From Thermoplasmata archaeon (GTDB taxonomy: Archaea > Thermoplasmatota > Thermoplasmata > Lutacidiplasmatales > UBA184), in the NCBI GenBank assembly GCA_035945215.1, contig DASZAJ010000002.1:133057-197056 (forward strand): a stretch of DNA of 64,000 bases, in the 5' to 3' direction. A program made the translations under genes and the position numbers. Shown here in pieces: positions 1 to 8,086 of this stretch; the first letter of the stretch is position 1; every line of letters begins with the position of its first letter. The notes under the pieces are model-generated. The model saw only the letters and a list, made by a program, of their open reading frames with translations. It was not told the origin of the DNA and did not search any database.

Positions 1-875
1 AGTTTCTGCTTGTTCGATTCGCTTAGGTATCCGACCATCTTGAAATTGCGCTCGGTCCCCGAATCCCGGATCAGTTTCTCGATTCGGCGAAGCACTTTGC
101 GTGAGTATGAATGACCACCGATTACGAGGCAGGCGTCTGGATGTTCCTTGACAACTTGAATCCAGGATTCGACCAAGTCATAAATCCCCTTTCTTTGATC
201 GAGTGCGCCGACATACGCCGCATCGATATCCCGGACTTGGTTCTCCGCCGGGGGAACGAGCACTTCCGGAAGGAAGGCCCAATCCTCGAGCACCCCTTGA
301 GGAAATCTCCAGGGGCTCCCATTCAGAAGTTCTAGTTGATCAACCGAAGGAAGCATTTCCCCGAGTTTGATAAGAAGGAATGCGAATTGGGTTAGGCCCC
401 AGTTCACGAGGTGACGTAGGATTGGTCCCCGGCGGAAAGTACACCACCAAGGTGGGGGCGGGACCACGTGGAGATAGACGACAATCCTGGCTCCAAGCTT
501 TCTGTGAAGGTAGAAGCCGGCGAGGACGTCAGCTGGAAACGATGAGAACGGGAGGACAAGGGCAGGCCCCTCAGCTGGTGTATTCTTGCGGACGAATTCA
601 AGGAGCAATCTCCGTTGAATCCAAAAATTCTCGAAATACTCTCTGAACGTGCCTATCGGATCCCCTTGACTGATAAGACCCGCTGACGGCAGTATCTCAA
701 CATGCTGAATGTCCTTGTAGATAGCCCCCCCGTGGTCGTAGGCATTGGTGAGAAGCCAGACCTGCGCTCCTGCTTCAGACCAATACTTGGCCAACTCCGC
801 AAAGTGGTATGTCCCGCCGCCGGTTACACCCGAGGCGGAGACCCCCCACACGGACTGTAGTAGGAATATTCTCAC
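1..875 (-). CDS. Glycosyltransferase family 4 (GT-B, RfaB-like), 3' end outside the window
   Basis: Missing from the ORF track because it has no stop in the window. Manual translation from GTG at 875: MRIFLLQSVWGVSASGVTGGGTYHFAELAKYW...DIDAAYVGALDQRKGIYDLVESWIQVVKEHPDACLVIGG...NFKMVGYLSE, matching the GT4 'GG...LA' and 'yvG.l...KG...Lv' motifs. Confidence 0.85.
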   Translation of the reverse strand, partial: MRIFLLQSVWGVSASGVTGGGTYHFAELAKYWSEAGAQVWLLTNAYDHGGAIYKDIQHVEILPSAGLISQGDPIGTFREYFENFWIQRRLLLEFVRKNTPAEGPALVLPFSSFPADVLAGFYLHRKLGARIVVYLHVVPPPPWWCTFRRGPILRHLVNWGLTQFAFLLIKLGEMLPSVDQLELLNGSPWRFPQGVLEDWAFLPEVLVPPAENQVRDIDAAYVGALDQRKGIYDLVESWIQVVKEHPDACLVIGGHSYSRKVLRRIEKLIRDSGTERNFKMVGYLSESNKQK

Positions 876-1477
876 GTTGGCCCCTTCAGGGCGTACTCAG
901 TTCGAGCATGAAATGTGTTCTCCCGATTGGAGGCGGCTTAAAGCTGCTGCAAATCATGGCATCTTTAGCGATTTCAAGAACGATGTAGCAGCGCCGCCCG
1001 GATGGTCCGAGAAAAACGATTCGAATAGTTGCCACGAAGTAAGTTTCAAGCTCTAGGGCACGTCAGATTTCTTGGACAAGGCTCTCGAGCCAGCTGAGGG
1101 CCCGCCCGTTTTCAAAGTGCCCTCAGCATAGGTCCAAGAACGGTTGGACCTCAGGAAGAGCTTCATGCCGCCAACGGAAGAGCTCCACCCACCTTCACTT
1201 GCGGGCAAGGGGACCTGGTCGCCTCCCATCGATCGACCCTTTCGGGAACCCCAGGGGCCCGACCGCAAAGGACGGAACCCGCCGACCCTTTCCTGATCGG
1301 ACTCGCTCGTGGGGTCGAGGAGATGGAGCCGAAGCCGTGGACCCCGAAGTTCGAGGACCCGGACGAGCAGACGGCGGGGGAGGTGGCGGAGAGCTTGGAA
1401 GGTGGCGTCCTTATTCATCGCTGATGCGGGCTCCTCGAAGCGTAGGATTATCGTGTGCGCGCGGCCCTGCCCCCCAT

Positions 1478-2494
1478 ATGGGAGCAGCCCGGATTCTGCA
1501 CCGGCTAGGATTGGCGCGTTGCTGTGTGGGAATGGGCGTTCCCAATCTTGCGACGCCAACGTACTTCCCTGCGGTTTCATCGACGTGCTCTCTTGGTCCT
1601 CCAGAGGAGTTCATCCGTCTCCTGACCGAGGCGGCTTATCCCAGGGCCCTCGTGTCCGCCTACGACTGCAAGCATCGAATCGACGGCGGCCTCTCCAAGG
1701 CGGCGGCGCTCCTTGCAGGCCTCAAGGGCGCCGGATGCACCGTCCTCCTAGACAGCGGCCTCTTCGAATGCCAAGTCCTCGGAATCGAGGACTGGTCCGC
1801 CGATGACCATGCGGAGGTCGCCAGGGCACTCCATCCCGATCTCCTTCTATCGTACGATGGTCCCCTCCCGGCGTCCAGCGCGCGACGGGAGCCCTCAGAT
1901 GGGAAGGGACAGGGCGATCCAGGTTCGAGCCGCCTACTGCGAATTATCCACGGAAGGGACAGGCAAGCGATTGTCAGTGGGGCGCGCCAGGCGGCGAGCG
2001 AAGGCGCCTCTGTCGGCATTGCGATTCCAGACCGCGAGTGCGGCCCCACCCTGCTCGAACGCACGCGGACAGTCTGTGCGATTCGGCGCGCACTAGATCA
2101 CTCTGACGAACTTCTGATGCTCCACATTCTCGGCTGCGGAAACCCGGTGGTCATGTCAGTCTACGCTCTCGCCGGTGCCGACTCATTCGATAGCTTGGAC
2201 TGGGTCCAGGGAGCAGTTGATATCCGGACCCTGACAGTAACCGACCCTGTTCTCCTCCCCAGCACGCGGTGCAAGTGCCGGATCTGCGTCGACCTTCCCG
2301 GACCTGACCGACAGCGAGCTGTTCTGCACAACCTTCTGTTCTACCAGGACTTTGGAACGCGACTTCGGGGAATGATCCGCGACCGGACAGTCTCCGACTT
2401 CCTCCAGGAGCTTGTGGGAAAGGAACGAACCGCCCAGCTCGTGGAAACGGCCAACGAAGGAGACGCCAGGGAGCGAGGCGCCCGTGCAGGATAA
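1478..2494 (+). CDS. tRNA-guanine transglycosylase (TGT)-like protein, Cap10-like
   Basis: Motifs TPTYFP, LLDSGLFE, LHILGCG, LAGADSFDS and the Zn site CKCRIC...HN. About 320-340 aa with no archaeal TGT C-terminal/PUA extension. Start is ATG 1478 or 1532; the upstream extension to 1199 looks non-coding. Confidence 0.8.
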   Translation: MGAARILHRLGLARCCVGMGVPNLATPTYFPAVSSTCSLGPPEEFIRLLTEAAYPRALVSAYDCKHRIDGGLSKAAALLAGLKGAGCTVLLDSGLFECQVLGIEDWSADDHAEVARALHPDLLLSYDGPLPASSARREPSDGKGQGDPGSSRLLRIIHGRDRQAIVSGARQAASEGASVGIAIPDRECGPTLLERTRTVCAIRRALDHSDELLMLHILGCGNPVVMSVYALAGADSFDSLDWVQGAVDIRTLTVTDPVLLPSTRCKCRICVDLPGPDRQRAVLHNLLFYQDFGTRLRGMIRDRTVSDFLQELVGKERTAQLVETANEGDARERGARAG

Positions 2495-3179
2495 CGCGCG
2501 GTACTCATGCTCTACCCGCACCTTCCTGCCCCTGGGGGTTCTTTCGCGTTACCGTAGAGCTGCCCATACTGTCGAGAGGGCAAGTCGGCACGGGAAGCTA
2601 TCCGAGAGGCGCGCATGGCGGGAATTGTGTTTCTGCTTGATATCGCCGATGACCCGCTTCGAGGCGGTAGGCGCTTGCCTCGAACGACTCTCGAGGCGCG
2701 GAATCCTCGACCGCCTCTCATCGACTCCCGCAAGCGTGGGAGTCGATGAAATTCGCGCAGTCCTGTCGATTGGGCCAGGCTCGTGCCGATTCGCGAACCA
2801 AAAGGCTCTTCGACTTTCGGGGGCAGGTCTTTTCTTTTACGACGGTTCCCGTCGCGGAGGGATCCTTGGTTTCTTGGATCGATACTCGAACCCGAAAGAG
2901 GCCCGAGCAGCCTTGGCCATGAGCGTTCCCGGTCTTGGCATCAAGGAGGCGTCACACTTCCTCCGGAACGTTGGCAGGGGAAGCGATATCGCGGTGCTCG
3001 ACGTTCACCTACGCCGGTTCCTGGCCGAAAGTGGCATGGTTGGACCGAGAATCGCCTTTTCCGGGTCCCCTTCCAGCTACGCTTCGATTGAGGGTGCGTA
3101 CACCTCGCTCGCGTTCCATTCGGGGCTGGACACCGCAGCGCTTGACCTCGCGATCTGGGAATACATGAGAGAGCGGTGA
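2484..3179 (+). CDS. 8-oxoguanine DNA glycosylase/AP lyase-like (HhH-GPD, Ogg2-type), Cap11-like
   Basis: ELCFCL, RFANQKA, PGLGIKEASHFLRNVG, IAVLDVH, LDLAIW. GTG start at 2484 overlaps the end of the TGT-like gene. Confidence 0.88.
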   Translation: MQDNARYSCSTRTFLPLGVLSRYRRAAHTVERASRHGKLSERRAWRELCFCLISPMTRFEAVGACLERLSRRGILDRLSSTPASVGVDEIRAVLSIGPGSCRFANQKALRLSGAGLFFYDGSRRGGILGFLDRYSNPKEARAALAMSVPGLGIKEASHFLRNVGRGSDIAVLDVHLRRFLAESGMVGPRIAFSGSPSSYASIEGAYTSLAFHSGLDTAALDLAIWEYMRER

Positions 3180-3182
3180 AAC

Positions 3183-3833
3183 TTGAAGACCGTTGTCCTC
3201 GCTTCAGGTGGTCTCGACTCTTCGATCTTGCTGTTTCTGCTCAAGCGAGAGCATGTTGACGTCCTACCGGTGCACGTCGACTACGGGCAGCTGGCGGAGA
3301 AACAGGAGTGGTCCTCACTGCGACGATTCTGCCGTAAGGCAAAGCTCCCAAACCCGATAAGGGTGAACGCGACGGGGTTGAGGAAGGTCCCCAGCGGTCT
3401 CACTCGAAAGGGCAACCGATGGGCAAGAGACCCCTTTTTCCCGGCACGGAATATGGTCTTAGTGTCGATAGGGGGTGCTATTGGCCATCCCGTTGGCGCT
3501 CGTGCGGTCGCTCTCGGCCTTGTCGCAAACGCACTCTACCCGGACCAGACAAAGGACTTTGTCCGCCGTGCTCAGGGCGCCCTTTCTGAGAGCCTTGGAG
3601 GCAAGATGCTGGTCCTCGCCCCCTTGCTGACCTTGTCTAAGTCGGAGGTTGCTGCTCTCGGCCTGAGCATGGGGGCGCCTATTGGACTTACGTATTCGTG
3701 CCAGCGAGGGGAGCATCGACCATGCAACCACTGTTCGAGTTGCGCTGACCGAGCGCGCGCTGTCAGCGAGGCCACACGCCTTCGTGGAGGATCAAGCCGA
3801 GTTCGGCACGCGACCAGGAGGATGAAGGCATAG
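3183..3833 (+). CDS. queC: QueC-family (7-cyano-7-deazaguanine synthase-like) PP-loop ATPase, Cap9-like
   Basis: PP-loop SGGLDS, DYGQ...E, FPARN, YPD, and the Zn motif TYSC...PCNHCSSC. Confidence 0.9.
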   Translation: MKTVVLASGGLDSSILLFLLKREHVDVLPVHVDYGQLAEKQEWSSLRRFCRKAKLPNPIRVNATGLRKVPSGLTRKGNRWARDPFFPARNMVLVSIGGAIGHPVGARAVALGLVANALYPDQTKDFVRRAQGALSESLGGKMLVLAPLLTLSKSEVAALGLSMGAPIGLTYSCQRGEHRPCNHCSSCADRARAVSEATRLRGGSSRVRHATRRMKA

Positions 3834-4336
3834 TGGGCGGAAGTGGAGGAGGCGGGGGATACGGCGGGGGAGGACCGCTAGTTCCATCGGAAAGCCTGAG
3901 GGTCTTCAAGACTGGCTTAGAAGAGACCCGGGCAACTGAGGGCGGCCCCCCAAGAACTCGAAATGTCTTCATCAGTTTCCACGTGGCAGACGAAGCGCAA
4001 GTCAATCTGCTTCGATCTCAGGCAAGAGACTCTGATTTCGGAATGGAGTTTCGAGACTACTCGGTTAATGAGCCCTTTGACGAAGCTTGGAAGGCAAATT
4101 GTCGAGAGCGAATTAGCTTGACCTCGATGACCATCTGTATGATAGGACCTGAGACTGCGACGCGAGAAGCGGTCATCTGGGAGTTGGAAGAGAGCTTCCG
4201 ACAAGGCAAGAAGGTCATTGGCGTCAGAATCTTCCGCGACCGAAACGACCCGATCCCAGCACCGCTTTCGGAACATGGCGCCCCAATCTTGTACTGGAAT
4301 CGGGATGAGATTCGAAGGCACTTGGACTCGGGATAA
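3833..4336 (+). CDS. TIR-like domain protein (ThsB/MTH538/DUF1863-type) with Gly-rich N-terminus
   Basis: RNVFISFH, DYSV, TICMIG, VIWELEES (candidate catalytic Glu), GKKVIGV. GTG start overlaps the queC TAG (TAGTG). N-terminus is MGGSGGGGGYGGGG. Confidence 0.85.
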   Translation: MGGSGGGGGYGGGGPLVPSESLRVFKTGLEETRATEGGPPRTRNVFISFHVADEAQVNLLRSQARDSDFGMEFRDYSVNEPFDEAWKANCRERISLTSMTICMIGPETATREAVIWELEESFRQGKKVIGVRIFRDRNDPIPAPLSEHGAPILYWNRDEIRRHLDSG

Positions 4337-4339
4337 GCA

Positions 4340-4870
4340 ATGACGGCAAGCGGACCCTCAGACGGACGAGACCAGCTCTTCCACGTCACACCGGCTGAGT
4401 ACGGGTCCGATTACCGGGAGCACCTGCTGAAACAGTACCGTCTTGCGGTCGAACGGGCGGACGCGGTGAGCGACCGACGGGCCACCATGAACGAGTACTA
4501 CCTCGTGCTTACCTCGGTAATCCTCTCGGTAGCCGGCATCGGGGTCGGAGGGGCATTTGTTGGTTCGCCCGTCATTCCTCCGAGGCTCGCTCCTTGGGTG
4601 AGCCTAGTAGGGGTGATTGTTACCTCATCGTGGCTTGCCGCGATCTACGCCTCCAACCAGTTGAATCGGGCGAAGTTCCACGTGATAAACCGGCTGGAGG
4701 AGCGACTACCGGCAGCAGTATTCTCGGTCGAATGGAACTTCCGCACATCAGGTTCCGAAATCGCGCAGGCAGGCGGGGGGCGCATATACACTTCGAGTAC
4801 GGTTGTCGAGTCAATCGTGCCGGCAGCCCTTCTGCTCTTGTTCGTCGGCCTCACTCTATACCTCATTTGA
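4340..4870 (+). CDS. Small integral membrane protein (about 3 TM), putative immune effector
   Basis: Three hydrophobic segments; QY...E.AD..S.RR...N and LN.AKF.VI..LE..LP...F..EW pattern; starts 3 bp after the TIR stop. Confidence 0.7.
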   Translation: MTASGPSDGRDQLFHVTPAEYGSDYREHLLKQYRLAVERADAVSDRRATMNEYYLVLTSVILSVAGIGVGGAFVGSPVIPPRLAPWVSLVGVIVTSSWLAAIYASNQLNRAKFHVINRLEERLPAAVFSVEWNFRTSGSEIAQAGGGRIYTSSTVVESIVPAALLLLFVGLTLYLI

Positions 4871-4893
4871 ATGGGGGCGCACGGGAGCCGCGG

Positions 4894-5562
4894 ATGCTTC
4901 TGGTCCGGGAAATGCCAGACTCACGACAGCCGGGGTCGAAAGGAATCGAGAATCGAGCGGAAGTCCTGACGACCTTCATGATCGAGCTTCGGGAGCAGTG
5001 CGCCCAAGCCCTTACAGCATTTGCTGAACTACGTGGCCTAATCGGGCAGGACCCACCGCTCGATGACGAGGGCCGGCGCTTCTGGAACCGGAGAGTATGG
5101 CTCCGCATCCACGGAGTACTTGCCGCGGGTACCGCCGTTTCGAACATCCTGTGGCCGAACCCGGCAAATTCGCAAGGGGGGAAGGTAGCCAATCGGGCAC
5201 TGGGCCGGGCGACAGCGCTCAGAGTGGCACTTTCAATAGAGGGGTCGCCTCCCCGTGCTGCGATACGGGCGAGGAACGCGTTTGCACACGTTGACGAACG
5301 ACTCGACGAGTGGCTCGAAGGCTCTCCCCGTGAGCTGCCCATGGGGTGGGTGATCTCGAGCCTTGACGAATTTGATGAACCCTCCTGGGGACGAAACGCC
5401 TTTCGCTACTACCACGCGAATCGGAGAGAACTGCGAATCGGCCGCGAAAGCTGTTCACTGACCGAGCTGGTTTCGTGGATCGAGTCGATAGACGACCACC
5501 TACCCCATGAAGCCACGATGGTTTTCAAGAGATACGACGGCGGCGGCCCCCCGGAACTCTGA
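4894..5562 (+). CDS. HEPN-like helical protein (putative RNase)
   Basis: Rx4H motif RNAFAH followed by VDERLDEW in a helical context. Start ATG 4894 or 4912, about 23 bp after the TM gene. Confidence 0.65.
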   Translation: MLLVREMPDSRQPGSKGIENRAEVLTTFMIELREQCAQALTAFAELRGLIGQDPPLDDEGRRFWNRRVWLRIHGVLAAGTAVSNILWPNPANSQGGKVANRALGRATALRVALSIEGSPPRAAIRARNAFAHVDERLDEWLEGSPRELPMGWVISSLDEFDEPSWGRNAFRYYHANRRELRIGRESCSLTELVSWIESIDDHLPHEATMVFKRYDGGGPPEL

Positions 5563-6042
5563 AACGGGCCCTTTCGTGGGTTCGGAGAGGGGAGAGGGGT
5601 CACGAGGTCGGTGCCCCTTGGGATCCCAACCTTCGCGGGCAAGGAGTGGGGCACCCCCTCTCGGACGGGCGAGGTTCGGAGAAGGGGATGCCCCCCTCCA
5701 AATCGTGCGGCGGGAAGAATTTGAACAGAAGTGAGTCCAAGAAGGTGTAGACCTACTCTCCGATCGGATCCAATGAGCAGGGTTCGATAACCTTCCTAGG
5801 CCAGTGACTCCGCGGACGGGCCAATCCAACAGTACACCGAAGTTAGCCCGCCGGATGGCGGAATCGAACCTGACAACGGACTCGATCCTCGAGCTACTTG
5901 AGAACCGGGAGTCTGACGACCCGATTCGTCTTGAAGACCCCGGCTCTAGGCCGGCACTTGTTCTCTACTTCCACGCCCATTGGACGATCGGGGATTCGGC
6001 TCAGAGGATCCGGCTCCCGGAGCCCGGTTCATCCCCAGGTCA

Positions 6043-6726
6043 TCACGGAATGGCCTCAGAAACTACACCCGAAAATGGGCCCACTCCAATCAGCACGAAC
6101 GAGTATCCGTCCCCGGAAAGGGAGGGCGTTGACGAAAGCACAGGTACGAAGATGAACTGGTCTCCGACGGAAAGTGGCGAAGAGAGGGCGGAATTGTTGC
6201 AGCGTCCGGACATTGGGGGTGGCTTCCAGTAGCCGGACGATGTCCCCTCAAAGCTCCAAACCGAAATAGTACAACCGCTCGGAGCTTCTATCGACACGTT
6301 GGCCAAGAGACCGGCGAGCAAGGCCCCACTCGAATTCACCAACCCGGTATTGATGTCCTGAGGAGAAACCCCGCTATCCGCGGCCAGGGTCTCAACCCGA
6401 TATTGGCACCCCCGGGCCACGTTAGCCCCCCCGCTACATTGGTGGGTCACGTTTCCGACCGCCAAGGCGCTCCCCAGAGGCGTATTTCCAGGGCAATGGG
6501 AGCACGGGTAGCCTCCCCCGAGCGGAAGGATCCCCCAGACGAATAGGAGGGGTGCTACTACCCCGAGAACGATAACCGCGGCGAGGATCGCATCCCTCAC
6601 CGGCTGTGGGGTCGGGGGTGGGGGAAACGAGAATTGGTATGGATACGGGCCGGGTGGAGGAGGAGGCGGTGGGGCGGCGAGGGGCTGTGTGGGCACAGGT
6701 TCGAGGAGACCTGCGAAAACTCCCAT
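6043..6726 (-). CDS. Membrane-anchored pilin-like/secreted protein
   Basis: Pro-rich N-terminus, one TM (AILAAVIVLGVVAPLLFVWGIL), then a Cys-containing beta-rich domain (NTPLGSALAVG...LSVGDQF) resembling archaeal pilin globular domains. Confidence 0.5.
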   Translation of the reverse strand: MGVFAGLLEPVPTQPLAAPPPPPPPGPYPYQFSFPPPPTPQPVRDAILAAVIVLGVVAPLLFVWGILPLGGGYPCSHCPGNTPLGSALAVGNVTHQCSGGANVARGCQYRVETLAADSGVSPQDINTGLVNSSGALLAGLLANVSIEAPSGCTISVWSFEGTSSGYWKPPPMSGRCNNSALSSPLSVGDQFIFVPVLSSTPSLSGDGYSFVLIGVGPFSGVVSEAIP

Positions 6727-6924
6727 GGTTGAATGATATCTGGCCTCCCTCTCAAGCACTTGGGTGGACCTCTCGTTCGACCTTCAGTTAGGGAATCAGC
6801 AGTACTTTGGCTCCATGCATTCGTTGAACTTCCGAACGAAGCTAGCGCCTCGTGAGCCGCCGAAAGCTGAGTCTGTCCAAGAGTGGATGGACAGAGCTCA
6901 GTTCGCCATTATCCCCGGTCCCAG

Positions 6925-7263
6925 TCAGTGGCTGGCCTCCCCCTTCGGGAACTTCGCTCGCTTGAGCGTTGAGACAACGCGAGGCAGGTCATCTCGGATG
7001 AATTGCCAAAGGTCCTCCGGATCCACAGCCTCGTACTCATGAATCACAATTGTCCGGAACGCCCGAACCAGTTGCCACAGCGAACGGTAGCGAGACTTGA
7101 ACCCCGGACTAAGCTTGTCTGCCGATTCCGCGAAGAATATCGACCTGAGGTGAACTCGCTCAACGGCAATCGGGTCGGACCGGAACTTGCCTTGCTGGGC
7201 AAGATCGGCGAGTTCTCGGGCCAGCCCAATCATCCGTTCGGTCAATTCACGGTCTCGATTCAA
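6925..7263 (-). CDS. hepT: HepT-like HEPN RNase toxin (DUF86)
   Basis: RTIVIHEY (Rx4HxY), D...LW.FI.DDLP; 4-bp overlap with the upstream MNT gene. Confidence 0.85.
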   Translation of the reverse strand: MNRDRELTERMIGLARELADLAQQGKFRSDPIAVERVHLRSIFFAESADKLSPGFKSRYRSLWQLVRAFRTIVIHEYEAVDPEDLWQFIRDDLPRVVSTLKRAKFPKGEASH

Positions 7264-7688
7264 AGAGGCACCGCCTCTCTAAGCACGGCAGGGGCGACCG
7301 ACCAGCGCAGTCGGCTGGGGGAGACCACATCGACGTCTCTATTCAAGAGTACCGAGAGCGCAACCTGCAGGTGCAGCCGGTTTGAAGGGCCAATCCAATC
7401 CACAAGAAGATCGACGTCGGATTTGGCGTGGGCCTCTCGCCTGCGGACCGATCCGAAAACCCGGACGTTCCGGGCGCCATAACGTTGCGCGATCCGAAGT
7501 ATCTCCCCCCGGTGCGGCGCCAAAACTTCGTCGATTCCGTGCCCGTGACCGAGCTCGAGGGGTCGATCCCTCGGCACTGAATAGAGTCTTGACTTGCAGC
7601 GCGGGCACATTCCCGGCCGACGTCGGCGCGCTTGCCATGTGTAGATGCATCGGTAACAATGAATCAGGCGTACTCGACGCTTCGTCAT
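7260..7688 (-). CDS. mntA: MntA-like minimal nucleotidyltransferase antitoxin with N-terminal Zn ribbon
   Basis: FGSVRRREAHAKSDVD (GSx10DxD), VDVV; N-terminal CYRC...CPRC. Confidence 0.85.
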   Translation of the reverse strand: MTKRRVRLIHCYRCIYTWQARRRRPGMCPRCKSRLYSVPRDRPLELGHGHGIDEVLAPHRGEILRIAQRYGARNVRVFGSVRRREAHAKSDVDLLVDWIGPSNRLHLQVALSVLLNRDVDVVSPSRLRWSVAPAVLREAVPL

Positions 7689-7718
7689 TCCAGCTGTACG
7701 GTCTGGTGCCCTGGAACT

Positions 7719-7739
7719 TACTTATCGCTATCGGCGGAA
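7719..7739 (-). promoter_or_regulatory. Conserved upstream motif of mntA-hepT operon 1
   Basis: tacttatcgctatcggcggaa, 19/21 identical to 25444-25464 upstream of operon 2. Confidence 0.6.
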
Positions 7740-7816
7740 CTCGGCGCGGCGGGTGATGGCCAATAGTGGGTCTGAGAGCGTTTGGATCGAGGTCCTCAGG
7801 TCATTCTCTTGGTCGC

Positions 7817-8086
7817 CTACCGTGAGCGCTGAGGCGAATCTGGAGTCTGGAGCTCATTGAGGAGCTCCTCAGAGGAGAATTCTCGAGGCGGCTCCAAGAG
7901 TGCCTCGCTCCATGTCCTTCTTGGGTCGGCCCGCTTGCTGGACCAAGCAATCACCAAGACTCCCCCGACCCCGGTCGCAATCGTGAGCACCGCAAACAGG
8001 GTAACGTCGGACGATAGTACGAGGAAGAGGATTGGCCATAGGCCGATCAGGCCCAAGACAAAAAACGAGACGCGATCGGCGGCCAC
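7817..8086 (-). CDS. Small 2-TM hypothetical protein
   Basis: Two clear hydrophobic helices followed by a charged tail. Confidence 0.5.
   Translation of the reverse strand: MAADRVSFFVLGLIGLWPILFLVLSSDVTLFAVLTIATGVGGVLVIAWSSKRADPRRTWSEALLEPPREFSSEELLNELQTPDSPQRSR

Noticed and set aside
1478..3833. Housekeeping archaeosine/queuosine tRNA-modification operon
   Set aside because: The TGT lacks archaeal C-terminal/PUA domains, there is no queD/queE/folE/arcS, and the genes are coupled to OGG, TIR and TM genes.
4594..4893. N-terminal extension of the 4594-5562 ORF
   Set aside because: It overlaps the real TM gene in another frame and has non-protein-like composition.
1478..5562. Canonical type IV CBASS or Dpd DNA-modification system
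   Set aside because: No CD-NTase (GS...D.D) gene and no DpdB/C or helicase genes in the locus. The NTases elsewhere in the window are TA-type and sit in their own operons.
5845..5885. tRNA-like fragment (reverse GGTTCGATTCC)
   Set aside because: The T-stem does not pair and no cloverleaf can be built.
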